DNA from: a virus
IMG/VR virus record: IMGVR_UViG_3300024520_005201
Span: 5,698-69,697 of that record
Strand: one strand, 5' to 3'
DNA: 64,000 nucleotides
The number at the start of each line of letters is the position of its first letter. Within the stretch, counting starts at the first letter, position 1. The position numbers and the translations under genes are program-made. Of the stretch, positions 37,302 to 46,360 are shown piece after piece. Below the pieces are notes generated by a model. That model had not been told where the DNA came from. It did not search any database and saw only the letters and a list, made by a program, of their open reading frames with translations.

Positions 37302-38935
37302 ACTAAAACTCCTGGTAGCCCTATACTTTCTATGGATAGAGCTTTGTTAGGGTCATAGCCTCTAACCTCAAGGGACTTATTCCATCTAATAGTCTCAAAC
37401 TTATTATGAGTTTGATTCTCTCCTCTAAAAAATGCCTCAACAGACTCTCTACTATTCCCAGACGCCAAAGAGTTCATCCAATTTGTAAAACCTTGCTTGT
37501 CTGGTTCTCTATGTAGTATGTTTCTATAACAGGCTAGCACAAATTGTTCGTTGTTTAATCCAGCGGGGAGCGCTATATTATTTACGATTTTGAATTCTGG
37601 ACGTCTATTCCACGTTTTACTTCTATCATGCATATCTAATTCATCAAAGATTCTTTCAAATTCATTTGCTGTGGAATCCCAATTATGAAGAGTGAGGGCA
37701 CACTCTCTAGCGCGCTTCCCCATTTTCTTACGCTTCTTAGAATTAGTTAACAAATCCTTGAAGCCAGCAACCATGCTATCTACATCTGGTAATGAACGCA
37801 CAGCCATAGTTTCGGCCTCCGTATAGAAGGTTCCGATATCTATTGCTATACCTCCGCCATTTTCCACATGGTCTTCCATGGCAGAATAATTAGAGTAAAG
37901 CCCGGGGACTCCACAAGCTTTAGCTTCTACAATAGGTAATGCCCATCCTTCGCAAATAGCTGGTTGGACATAGATATCCATCATATTGAAAATTTCTGAT
38001 AGTTCTTCTGTTGAAACTCCGCTGTGTGTGTTTGGCATGTGAGCTTTTATTTCTCCACAGAAAACACACTTTCCATTTCCACTCTTCCCCTCACTAGGAA
38101 TAAACCACGAAAAGAAGTTACGACTACAGGCGTCGCATCTGTACGTAAAAATAACGTGTCTATTAAGACCGTTTCTTTGAATAAGCTCAGGAATATTCCA
38201 ACCAACATCCGGCCAGCTAGTATGACATAACAAAACAGATTTTTTAATTTCTTTAATATGTCCATAATCCTTGCGGAGTTTTGCATAAGCTTGGAACAAC
38301 TCTGGGAAACACTTCCTCTTTTGGTTTCTCATCACAGTTCCAATAATTTTAAGCCCCTTCTGAAGACCCCACTCAGACCTTACTTCGAATTTATCTTTTG
38401 GACTAAATACATCTAGGTCTACACCTGGGCTAGTGACGCTGGTCACATTTACCCCTTGGCCTTCTAGAATTCTTTTGCCAAACCTGCTATAGGTAGTCAC
38501 TATATCTGACTTCTTAAAGGTATCTTCTATCCATTCTTTTCTTTGTGGGGCGCTATCTACGGTAGGAGTAATTACTGTTTTAAAGTTTGCTCTGAATTGA
38601 GACTTAAGAATATGCTCAACCATCCATGGGTCTCTAGCATCAAATACAATATCTGGCTGGAAGTCTGCAACAACAGCATCAAATTTATATACTCCAAATT
38701 GATTTACCGGTTGGCTCTTATAAACCTGAGCCTCCTGTTGGTTCTTGGGTAGATTCCCATAGAACTTCCACGGTAATTTCAAAGCACTCTCATCTGCCGA
38801 GTTTCCATAGCTACCGAACTCAGCTATTATATACTTATCCGTATCATAAATTCTTCTTATGATTTCTTTATTATATGTAGCAAATCCGGTAGAGAGCCAA
38901 CTAGACTCTCCACAAAATAGAATTCTTTTCTTCAT
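37298..38935 (-). CDS. glycosyltransferase, GT4, with Zn-ribbon insert and C-terminal DUF4214-like domain
   Basis: STGF, RNQKRK, EGWALPIVEAKACG; CDAC...CVFC insert; FV..CYRNIL.REPD..GF..W C-terminus. Confidence 0.9.
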   Translation of the reverse strand: MKKRILFCGESSWLSTGFATYNKEIIRRIYDTDKYIIAEFGSYGNSADESALKLPWKFYGNLPKNQQEAQVYKSQPVNQFGVYKFDAVVADFQPDIVFDARDPWMVEHILKSQFRANFKTVITPTVDSAPQRKEWIEDTFKKSDIVTTYSRFGKRILEGQGVNVTSVTSPGVDLDVFSPKDKFEVRSEWGLQKGLKIIGTVMRNQKRKCFPELFQAYAKLRKDYGHIKEIKKSVLLCHTSWPDVGWNIPELIQRNGLNRHVIFTYRCDACSRNFFSWFIPSEGKSGNGKCVFCGEIKAHMPNTHSGVSTEELSEIFNMMDIYVQPAICEGWALPIVEAKACGVPGLYSNYSAMEDHVENGGGIAIDIGTFYTEAETMAVRSLPDVDSMVAGFKDLLTNSKKRKKMGKRARECALTLHNWDSTANEFERIFDELDMHDRSKTWNRRPEFKIVNNIALPAGLNNEQFVLACYRNILHREPDKQGFTNWMNSLASGNSRESVEAFFRGENQTHNKFETIRWNKSLEVRGYDPNKALSIESIGLPGVLV

Positions 38936-39288
38936 TCAACCACCTGGTATGGAACCCTCTGTAGATTGTAGAGCTTATCCAGAGACCTTACCCTACTCTT
39001 TGCCAACTTTTTATCTACTGCTGTGTTATTACTCTTCGCTGTTTTATATTTACATAGCATCATAAACGTAACCTTATCTAAGGATATTGGATACTTAAGC
39101 TGTGCAACTACCGTAAGTACCTCGTGATACATACAGCTCCAGGCATATGACCTGAAATTTCTAATAGAATCTTTTTTCTGAAATGCTTGAAGCAAACCAA
39201 CGCAGGCCGCCTGATAACAGTCGTCTCTGAGGTTTGATGGAACATTTTTAAGCACAGACCTAATAAGGCCTTCATATTCTTGTAACAC
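38932..39288 (-). CDS. minimal sigma-70-like factor (region 2 only)
   Basis: Y.GLI...DDCYQ...VGLLQA...FRSYA motif; 118 aa with no region 4; GTG start with GGAG. Confidence 0.7.
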   Translation of the reverse strand: MLQEYEGLIRSVLKNVPSNLRDDCYQAACVGLLQAFQKKDSIRNFRSYAWSCMYHEVLTVVAQLKYPISLDKVTFMMLCKYKTAKSNNTAVDKKLAKSRVRSLDKLYNLQRVPYQVVE

Positions 39289-39300
39289 TAGATATACTCC

Positions 39301-39330
39301 AGGGGGAGAGCAATGAGTTGCTCTCCCCCT
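39301..39330. other. perfect 13-bp hairpin between ssb and the sigma gene
   Basis: AGGGGGAGAGCAA-TGAG-TTGCTCTCCCCCT. Confidence 0.75.
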
Positions 39331-39340
39331 TCTATTGTAT

Positions 39341-39742
39341 TTAGAACGGCAGGTCGTCTATTGCTTCAGAGCTGGTAGCCGGAGCAAGCGTGCGCTCATC
39401 CACGGGCTTATCTTTACGATTCTTTCCAACCTGAAGTTCTAGGACATAGACTTTAATCTTACTTCGTTTCTCGCCAGTCTCTTTGGCTGTCCACTCATCA
39501 GTTTCTAGTCTGCCTCTAATATAGACTTCTGTCCCCTTACCAATACTTCTTTCAATATAATCAGCCTTTTGATTCCAGGCTTCGCAGTCTACAAAAGTCG
39601 GCTTATCAATCCACTCATCGCCTTTTTTATACGAACGGTTGACAGCTAATCTAATAGTGGCGACTCTACTGTCTCCGCCAATCTTTTTAATCTCGGGCTC
39701 TTTCGTGGTGTGACCAACTAAAATGACTTGATTTACATTCAT
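39341..39742 (-). CDS. ssb: single-stranded DNA-binding protein
   Basis: NQVILVG, LAVNR, KG..VYIRGRL, acidic tail DDLPF. Confidence 0.97.
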   Translation of the reverse strand: MNVNQVILVGHTTKEPEIKKIGGDSRVATIRLAVNRSYKKGDEWIDKPTFVDCEAWNQKADYIERSIGKGTEVYIRGRLETDEWTAKETGEKRSKIKVYVLELQVGKNRKDKPVDERTLAPATSSEAIDDLPF

Positions 39743-39753
39743 CGTAACTTCCT

Positions 39754-40227
39754 TTACAAATTCACTAAGGACAAAAATGGAGACAATACTCCATAAGAAA
39801 TGGCTTCGCCGATAATCTCTTCATTCAAATTATCGCCTTCAAAAACAAATCTTTCATATAGTTCTTTTATCTTATCTTTCTTAAGAACTGTATCAAAATT
39901 TATTATTCCTAGCTCCGGGGGGCTGAAGATAACTCCATCAGTCCTTTCTCCATCGGGGCCAACATATATTATTTCATCTAGGCTTACACCCTCCATTCTA
40001 ATGAAGGACATAATCTCCTCAATTATGAGCGCTTCCGCTGCTAGCGCATCTATGGGTAGTGGAATGTCACTACCAGGACACACTAATCCATTATCCCATT
40101 TCCATAGGAGTTTCGAGCCATGATAAGATACGACAACTCTACTATGAATTATATCTGATACCACCACACATTCAGCTTTTGGTGGGGATGATTTTAGATA
40201 ATTTACTATTCTATTTCTGCTTGACAT
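39754..40227 (-). CDS. hypothetical protein
   Basis: 157-aa ORF with AGGAG Shine-Dalgarno, downstream of a promoter. Confidence 0.7.
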   Translation of the reverse strand: MSSRNRIVNYLKSSPPKAECVVVSDIIHSRVVVSYHGSKLLWKWDNGLVCPGSDIPLPIDALAAEALIIEEIMSFIRMEGVSLDEIIYVGPDGERTDGVIFSPPELGIINFDTVLKKDKIKELYERFVFEGDNLNEEIIGEAISYGVLSPFLSLVNL

Positions 40228-40244
40228 ATAGGTCTCCTAACATT

Positions 40245-40272
40245 ATTATACGCGGATTGAACATCGTGTCAA
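40245..40272 (-). promoter_or_regulatory. sigma70-consensus promoter TTGACA-N16-TATAAT containing CGCGTATAAT
   Basis: Perfect -35 (40267-40272) and -10 (40245-40250) in an intergenic gap. Confidence 0.75.
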
Positions 40273-40280
40273 ATACTTTT

Positions 40281-41846
40281 TTATAAATGTTCAATCGCAT
40301 TTACTAATAAGCCGGTCCCTTTACTATTATCACTTTTCCTTCCTTTAATTAATACGGCCTTACCTTCTTTTATTATCCATCCTAACTTATTATATTGACT
40401 AGCAAATACAGTAACTCCATCCATCATATATGTATTATCGCTGACTTTCATAAAACACATAAGATTACCGTTCTTATCTTTAATCTCTCTAATGCCCTCT
40501 ATGATTACTCCTACCTTAACTCTATCTCCATGTCTGAGATTAAGGAAGTCCTTGCAGGTTGTATCCACCTTGTAGTTATTATATAGCTCTACTTCACTAC
40601 CACTTAAAGGCATTCCTAGGTGAAACTTTTCCCAAGCCAGAGCCATGCGCTTTCTATTTCCACCCAGGTCTCTCTTTATATCATTCCACTTCTCTATAAT
40701 CCTAGGGCCTCTACTCTTATTAGGAATATTATTATCGAAGAGAGATATTATCATATCATCTACTGAACATGTATCAATAAAATCTTCACTAAAAAGAAAA
40801 TCTCTTTCTCTATCAGTCAGAGATAATAGGAATTCATAACGAGCTAATAACCTAACACGGTCTATAGGTATTGCCAGAGCATTGCATTTAATTAAAGCTT
40901 GAACTACATTCTTCTTTACCTTGCACTTATCTAAAAATAATTTCTTAAATAAACCATAGCTGGTATCAATACCTTTTAGTTGTTTAATATTCTCCAGGGA
41001 TTTTTTACCTATACCTTTAATATGAGATATACCAAATACTAAATCATCATTATCTGTAAATTCAAACTGACTATTGCCAAACTCTACACTAGGAGGTAAC
41101 ACGTTGATATTAAATAACTTAGCTTCATATACCAACTGTTTAATTTCGTCAAACTCATCTGGGTTACTATCCGAAAACGCCAGTTTGTTCTTGAAGAACT
41201 CTATTGGGAAATGAACCTTTGAATAAGCTCCCCAGTATCCCAGGATAGCATAACTGACTGCATGACTCTTATTGAATCCATAGCCTGCAAACTTTTCAAT
41301 CCAAGAGAATACTATTTCTGCCTTATCTTGTGAGTGATTATTTTCAACTGCACCTTTAATAAACTTATCCTTAATCTTTTCAAATAGGTCAGTATTCTTT
41401 TTACCCATAGCTTTTCTGGCCGTATCAGAATCTTGTAACGAGAAGCCCGCGAAGTCGGTGCAGATTCTCATAATCTGCTCCTGGTAAACAGGAACACCCA
41501 TAGTATCCCTAAAGATAGGTTCTAGGACAGGGTCAATATATTCTGGTCTAAGCTCGCCATTCTTTGTCTTCACGTAGGTATCTGTAATATTTAGCATCTT
41601 CCCAGTAGCTGGGTCTTCTCTATACTCTGCTTCTAGGCATCCCGGACGAATTACACTAATGACTGCAGCTAATTCCTCTATGTTTCTAGGCGCAATCATT
41701 TTACAAAATCTTCTACCTAGCTGCTTCTCAATTTGAAACAAACCCTTGGTTAAACCATTACTAATTAAATCCCAAGATGCTTGACAATGTAAATCAATAT
41801 TATCAAAATCTAAAGTTTCAAACTCACAACCACAATCAAACTTCAT
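40281..41846 (-). CDS. dnaE: DNA polymerase III alpha, C-terminal half (fingers, HhH, OB)
   Basis: GLFQIE, IRPG, VYQEQIM, RKAMGKK, FAGYGFNKSHA, IKGIG, OB fold; start placed at MKFDCGC. Confidence 0.92.
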   Translation of the reverse strand: MKFDCGCEFETLDFDNIDLHCQASWDLISNGLTKGLFQIEKQLGRRFCKMIAPRNIEELAAVISVIRPGCLEAEYREDPATGKMLNITDTYVKTKNGELRPEYIDPVLEPIFRDTMGVPVYQEQIMRICTDFAGFSLQDSDTARKAMGKKNTDLFEKIKDKFIKGAVENNHSQDKAEIVFSWIEKFAGYGFNKSHAVSYAILGYWGAYSKVHFPIEFFKNKLAFSDSNPDEFDEIKQLVYEAKLFNINVLPPSVEFGNSQFEFTDNDDLVFGISHIKGIGKKSLENIKQLKGIDTSYGLFKKLFLDKCKVKKNVVQALIKCNALAIPIDRVRLLARYEFLLSLTDRERDFLFSEDFIDTCSVDDMIISLFDNNIPNKSRGPRIIEKWNDIKRDLGGNRKRMALAWEKFHLGMPLSGSEVELYNNYKVDTTCKDFLNLRHGDRVKVGVIIEGIREIKDKNGNLMCFMKVSDNTYMMDGVTVFASQYNKLGWIIKEGKAVLIKGRKSDNSKGTGLLVNAIEHL

Positions 41847-42390
41847 TCCAACACTCGAAACATCTAGGCTCGAAAGCATCTATTCCTCCTACTACTACTT
41901 GACCTTTATCTTTTGTTTTTCTATATGTTCTAGTGGCACTATTAATTTTCTTACACCTAGAGCATACCGCCTTGAGACAAACTATGTTATCTGCCAGCGC
42001 TAATAATTCTGGCATTGCACCAAAAGGTTTACCATATGAATCTTGTGATAAACCAGCTACAATAATATGGGACCACTCAGACCATTCGTCTATGCATCTA
42101 AGAATTTGTACTTTATTAAAGAACTGTGCTTCATCAATAAGGATTACATTTATATCTCTATCATATTTTTTAAAACATTTGTATGCTTCATTAAAAAAGC
42201 TATTTGAATCGACAGCATAGGCTGAAAATTTATCTCCGTAATGAGTAGTAATATCACTCTTGCTATATCTATCATCTATTTTTGGCTTAAATGCAATTAC
42301 AATATCTCCTGCAACTATATGAGACATAGCTTTACTTATTAGGGCTGAGCTTTTGCCAGAGAACATTGGCCCCGTAATTACTGTTAGCAT
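41836..42390 (-). CDS. tdk: thymidine kinase
   Basis: GPMFSGKS, IDEAQF, VAGL, CSRC, PRCFEC. Confidence 0.97.
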   Translation of the reverse strand: MLTVITGPMFSGKSSALISKAMSHIVAGDIVIAFKPKIDDRYSKSDITTHYGDKFSAYAVDSNSFFNEAYKCFKKYDRDINVILIDEAQFFNKVQILRCIDEWSEWSHIIVAGLSQDSYGKPFGAMPELLALADNIVCLKAVCSRCKKINSATRTYRKTKDKGQVVVGGIDAFEPRCFECWNEV

Positions 42391-42608
42391 TATTCTCCTA
42401 ACAAATCTTTTCCAGTTTCTTTTTTATACCACTTGCCTAAAGTTTCTCTCTCTATATGAATGGCATTACTTCCAATGATTCTTCTTTCCCCTTTACCATC
42501 ACATCTCATAAAGCTGCAATTGATTTTTTCTTTAGGGTCTGAACTAATAGGTAGGTCAGCATTCCATGTGCCGCCACATAGGTCACAATGATATTTATAT
42601 CTAGGCAT
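42390..42608 (-). CDS. FmdB-like zinc-ribbon protein
   Basis: MPRYKYHCDLCG...C....C. Confidence 0.75.
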   Translation of the reverse strand: MPRYKYHCDLCGGTWNADLPISSDPKEKINCSFMRCDGKGERRIIGSNAIHIERETLGKWYKKETGKDLLGE

Positions 42609-43092
42609 CTATGTGCTCCACTCTGTAAGCTACGTTATCTTCTTCAATCATTTCTCTCTTAACGAGCAGCATAAATGTAGCCCATCTATCTCCGCCCTTA
42701 ACACTTCTAAATCTTGAAGCGTTTGCTACATTAAATAGATAATTTCTAAGGTCCTCTGTCTTAAACATATATAGAGTGAACCCCTTATCATCTGGCACGA
42801 CGTAATGAACTTCGTGTGCCTCTGTTGAGGATATACCCGTCAGCTTGCCCTTTTTGTTATGTGTCTCGAAGCATAGGTTGCCCGTCCTCTTCGCCATCAT
42901 ATCATACTTAACTTCTACACTATATGATATACCACAGTCTGATGTAATCTCTACATCTCCTTCTATTTGCCTTGCCTTTTCAAGGTCAGCAATCACAACA
43001 TTATCTGCTGCTTCATGCAGGCTATCAAGAAAGGTCTTAACTATACTAACCGCCACTTTTGACTCCTCTAAATCTTTTAAGAAATGTCCCAT
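42601..43092 (-). CDS. PD-(D/E)XK-like nuclease
   Basis: GD...SVEVKYD..A.RTGN. Confidence 0.6.
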   Translation of the reverse strand: MGHFLKDLEESKVAVSIVKTFLDSLHEAADNVVIADLEKARQIEGDVEITSDCGISYSVEVKYDMMAKRTGNLCFETHNKKGKLTGISSTEAHEVHYVVPDDKGFTLYMFKTEDLRNYLFNVANASRFRSVKGGDRWATFMLLVKREMIEEDNVAYRVEHIDA

Positions 43093-43562
43093 TATGAAAC
43101 ACCCGTACTTCCAAATCCGCCCTCTCCTCTTTCAGAGACTGAGACACTATCGGTCCATGTAAAGTCTCCTTGAGGAGCACGCTTCAAAACAAATTGTGCA
43201 ACCCTATCCCCTACTCTTACTGCAAAAGGATGCTCAGAATTATTCTGTAGAATCACACCACATTTTCCTCTATATCCAGAATCTATTGTGCCTGGAGAAT
43301 TCAACACAGTAATACCATCTCTGAGTGCTAGACCAGACCTGGGCCTCACTTGAACTTCCCAACCACTTTGAATTTGTATCTTAAAACCAAGGTCAATAAG
43401 TCCACGACAACTTGGCTGAATTACAGTTTCAGTGACGCTGCTAACATCTGCTCCTGCATCACCATCCTTTTTATAACTTGGTAATATAGCTTCATCGTGT
43501 GTTCTTTCTAATTTAACACTAGGCCTACACTGAACAGACCATTCACTATTATTTTTTTTCAT
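43092..43562 (-). CDS. dut: trimeric dUTPase
   Basis: AGAD, PRSGLA, GTIDSGYRG, GDRVAQ, RGEGGFGSTG. Confidence 0.97.
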   Translation of the reverse strand: MKKNNSEWSVQCRPSVKLERTHDEAILPSYKKDGDAGADVSSVTETVIQPSCRGLIDLGFKIQIQSGWEVQVRPRSGLALRDGITVLNSPGTIDSGYRGKCGVILQNNSEHPFAVRVGDRVAQFVLKRAPQGDFTWTDSVSVSERGEGGFGSTGVS

Positions 43563-45444
43563 CTTTATTATCCTTCTGTTGGCTATGTCTTTTATTCACA
43601 TCCTGTTGAATGTTATAGAGGACATCCATTGTATTAAGTCCTAGGATATCTACCTTTAAAAACCCCATAGAATCTAGTGTAACTCCGTCCCACTCTGTAA
43701 TTTTTTTCTTTTCTTTTGTATTCCATCTCAAAGGAATAGAACCAGTTTCAAAAGACTCATTACTGATAACAATACCTGCTGGATGTTGTCCTGAACTTTT
43801 CGGACAGCCCTCAAGCTTCTCTGCTATTCTAAATAGTCTAGGATTCTTATCTTTGTATTCCTTAAGTTTTTCATTCTTATCTATTGCGTCTGCTAAGTTC
43901 TTTACTTTTGCTGGAACGTTACGTGTCATTACATTAGCATCTTGAAAGCTCATGCCCTCTTTGCCAAGAATAGTTGCGGTATCTTTAAGAGCAGCCTTGG
44001 TGGCTAGGGTATTAAATGTCACCATCTGTGCAACCCTATCTTTTCCAAACCTCTCCTCTATATACTTAACTACTTCTCCACGCCTACTTCTACTGACGTC
44101 AATATCAATATCCGCCATAGAACCTTTTCTACCTATGTTGTAGAATCTCTCCCAGATAAGACCATATTTAATTGGGTCTATACCTGTGATTCTGAGAATA
44201 TAACTAACAATAGAACCCGCAGCAGAACCACGGCCTGGACCAATAGGTATGTGCTGAGAACGGGTCCAACTAACAATGTCCCAGATAATAAGAAAGTAAT
44301 CAGCAAGATTAGCATCTTTAATATCTCGAAGCTCTTTTTTAACTCTGGCCTTATGCTCCTGAGAAGCTTCTTCAATCGGACAGCCATACCTTTCTTGATA
44401 TCCTGACATGACAAGCTCGACCAAATAATTAAATGATGTAAGGTCAACTACCTCTCCTTCGGCATCTTCGTGCCCACAATTCTTCACAGTAGCACAGCCC
44501 GCAGATTCAGGAACAAATTCATATTTAGGTAGACGAAGTTTGTGTTCTATATCTATATCTTCAATGCGGTCAGCAATTTGAGAACTCATTTCTAACTCTG
44601 CTTGAGTCAGGGTACTCATTCTTCTCTCGCCATCTTCTGTTGTTAGATATTCTTTAAGCATATGGTGTGCATTTTTAAGCCAATACTCTCTAGTAGAATA
44701 GTATGGTCTAAACTGTTTACCTTTCCCATATCCTACTGGTTTATCGAAAGTATCTTTTGTTCTAATTGCCCAGATTGCCTCATGCATTTCTACGTCATCG
44801 CGGTCAATATAATGCGCATCTTGGCACGCCACAACAGGAATGTCTAGATGGTTTCCCATTTGGCGTAGCATCTTGTTAATTTCTGGCTGACAATTCAATC
44901 CGCCGTCTTGTGTTTCAAGGTAGAGCCTATCACCAAAAATATTCTTGAGTCTTGTCGCGTGTTGTGCAGCGACATCAAAATTACCTTCATTGATATTCCA
45001 TGGTACGATACCCTTGAGACATGCTGTAAGACAAATTAAACCCTCTCCATATTTATCTAAATCGTTGAAGTCAACGCGTGGGCCATAATAAAACTTTTCG
45101 CTAGCTCGCGTTGTTAAAATCTTAATATTATCCCAGCCTGTTTTATTCATTGCCAGAAGAATTAAATGATGATTACGAGAAGCTCTTCTCTTATCTTCTT
45201 TAGCTTTTATCTTATCTTGTTCATGGTTATCTACCATATAGAATTCACAGGAAAGAATAGGTTTAATCTTACGCTTCCTACATTCCTTGTGAAACTCTGG
45301 TACACCCGCGATAGTCCCGTGGTCAGTAAGAGCTAAGGATTTATGACCATACTCATCTGCTCTCTTGACAATATCTGGTACCTTAGATATCGCATCTAAT
45401 ATACTATAATTACTATGTAGGTGTAGGTGTGTCATCTCTGTCAT
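43549..45444 (-). CDS. dnaE: DNA polymerase III alpha, N-terminal half (PHP plus palm/thumb)
   Basis: HLHLHSNYS, TDHG, DAHY, GPGRGSAAGS, DIDID, HPAGIV, FLKVDILGL, then a charged tail and stop. Confidence 0.95.
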   Translation of the reverse strand: MTEMTHLHLHSNYSILDAISKVPDIVKRADEYGHKSLALTDHGTIAGVPEFHKECRKRKIKPILSCEFYMVDNHEQDKIKAKEDKRRASRNHHLILLAMNKTGWDNIKILTTRASEKFYYGPRVDFNDLDKYGEGLICLTACLKGIVPWNINEGNFDVAAQHATRLKNIFGDRLYLETQDGGLNCQPEINKMLRQMGNHLDIPVVACQDAHYIDRDDVEMHEAIWAIRTKDTFDKPVGYGKGKQFRPYYSTREYWLKNAHHMLKEYLTTEDGERRMSTLTQAELEMSSQIADRIEDIDIEHKLRLPKYEFVPESAGCATVKNCGHEDAEGEVVDLTSFNYLVELVMSGYQERYGCPIEEASQEHKARVKKELRDIKDANLADYFLIIWDIVSWTRSQHIPIGPGRGSAAGSIVSYILRITGIDPIKYGLIWERFYNIGRKGSMADIDIDVSRSRRGEVVKYIEERFGKDRVAQMVTFNTLATKAALKDTATILGKEGMSFQDANVMTRNVPAKVKNLADAIDKNEKLKEYKDKNPRLFRIAEKLEGCPKSSGQHPAGIVISNESFETGSIPLRWNTKEKKKITEWDGVTLDSMGFLKVDILGLNTMDVLYNIQQDVNKRHSQQKDNKDEKK

Positions 45445-45445
45445 T

Positions 45446-46360
45446 TTATGCTCCTGCCATCGGCAACTTCTTTTTATGCTCTACCTCTGGTGGCAAAACG
45501 AACTGACCATTTTCATCTGTATACTGTTGCTTGATTTTACTACACTCGTCATAACCTATGCACCAATTGCACTTGAATGACTTCTTTCTAATTGGGCTAC
45601 ATGCTGTAGCAATCTTTCCGTAAGAATCTTTAAGAAATGCCCTAGTCTTTTCATCATCCTCTCTGTTAAAGATAATGCTGACTGGTCCCTTTCTTAGATA
45701 ATCCAAAGTCATAACCACATAGTTATATTGAGGAAATAACTCTTTAGCTACCATGCTATAGATTCGCATTTGTAAATCCTTAAATGCGGCATCTGTATTC
45801 TTTGTGTAGTTTCCAGTCTTATAGTCTCTGACTTCTAGGGTTTCTTCATCTATCTCTGTTACCAAATCCATAAAGCCACGGACCTTAAAACCCTCATACT
45901 CTTTTTCAAAAGCAACCTCGGCTCCAATTATCTTGCGATTAAGAACTGAGTCTGGCCTTATGATAGTATGCTCAAGAATCCTGAGGTCGTCCTCAAAGTT
46001 TGGCTTAGGGCAGCCCTCGAAATCTTCTACGATTCTGTTCGCTACGGAGCAGATACCTCCACTAGAAAGCCACTTGCATTCAGTGCAGTTCTTTTCTACT
46101 GGGTGAGGGAATCCTCTATTGGGTTTTCTATCATCAAATTCCCATACCTTATGCTTTTCATAATAAGCCTTCAGGTGTTTAACATAGTCTTTATCTTCTT
46201 TTACATAAAGTTCAAGAGCTTCGTGGACCGCACTCCCTTTGTGGGTGGCTATTGAATCTCCCTTTAACTCTGGTAGAACCAGATGATATTGTAAAAAGTA
46301 TCTGAACGGACAATCTATATATGTGTTTAATCTGGATGCCGATAAGTATTCAATTTTCAT
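45446..46360 (-). CDS. PD-(D/E)XK exonuclease (AddB/Cas4-like fold)
   Basis: SAS..CPF, GSAVHEALE, GFMDL, DYKTG, QMRIY, CNWC....C. Confidence 0.88.
   Translation of the reverse strand: MKIEYLSASRLNTYIDCPFRYFLQYHLVLPELKGDSIATHKGSAVHEALELYVKEDKDYVKHLKAYYEKHKVWEFDDRKPNRGFPHPVEKNCTECKWLSSGGICSVANRIVEDFEGCPKPNFEDDLRILEHTIIRPDSVLNRKIIGAEVAFEKEYEGFKVRGFMDLVTEIDEETLEVRDYKTGNYTKNTDAAFKDLQMRIYSMVAKELFPQYNYVVMTLDYLRKGPVSIIFNREDDEKTRAFLKDSYGKIATACSPIRKKSFKCNWCIGYDECSKIKQQYTDENGQFVLPPEVEHKKKLPMAGA

Noticed and set aside
16231-38935. Bacterial O-antigen or capsule locus
   Set aside because: No flippase, polymerase, exporter or priming transferase; the cluster is flanked by and interleaved with phage genes.
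40281-45444. Split intein in dnaE
   Set aside because: Neither half has an extra intein segment or splice-junction motif; both map directly onto contiguous DnaE sequence.
45446-46360. Cas4 / CRISPR-Cas system
   Set aside because: No cas1/cas2 and no repeat-spacer array seen; a solo PD-(D/E)XK exonuclease beside the polymerase is normal in phages.
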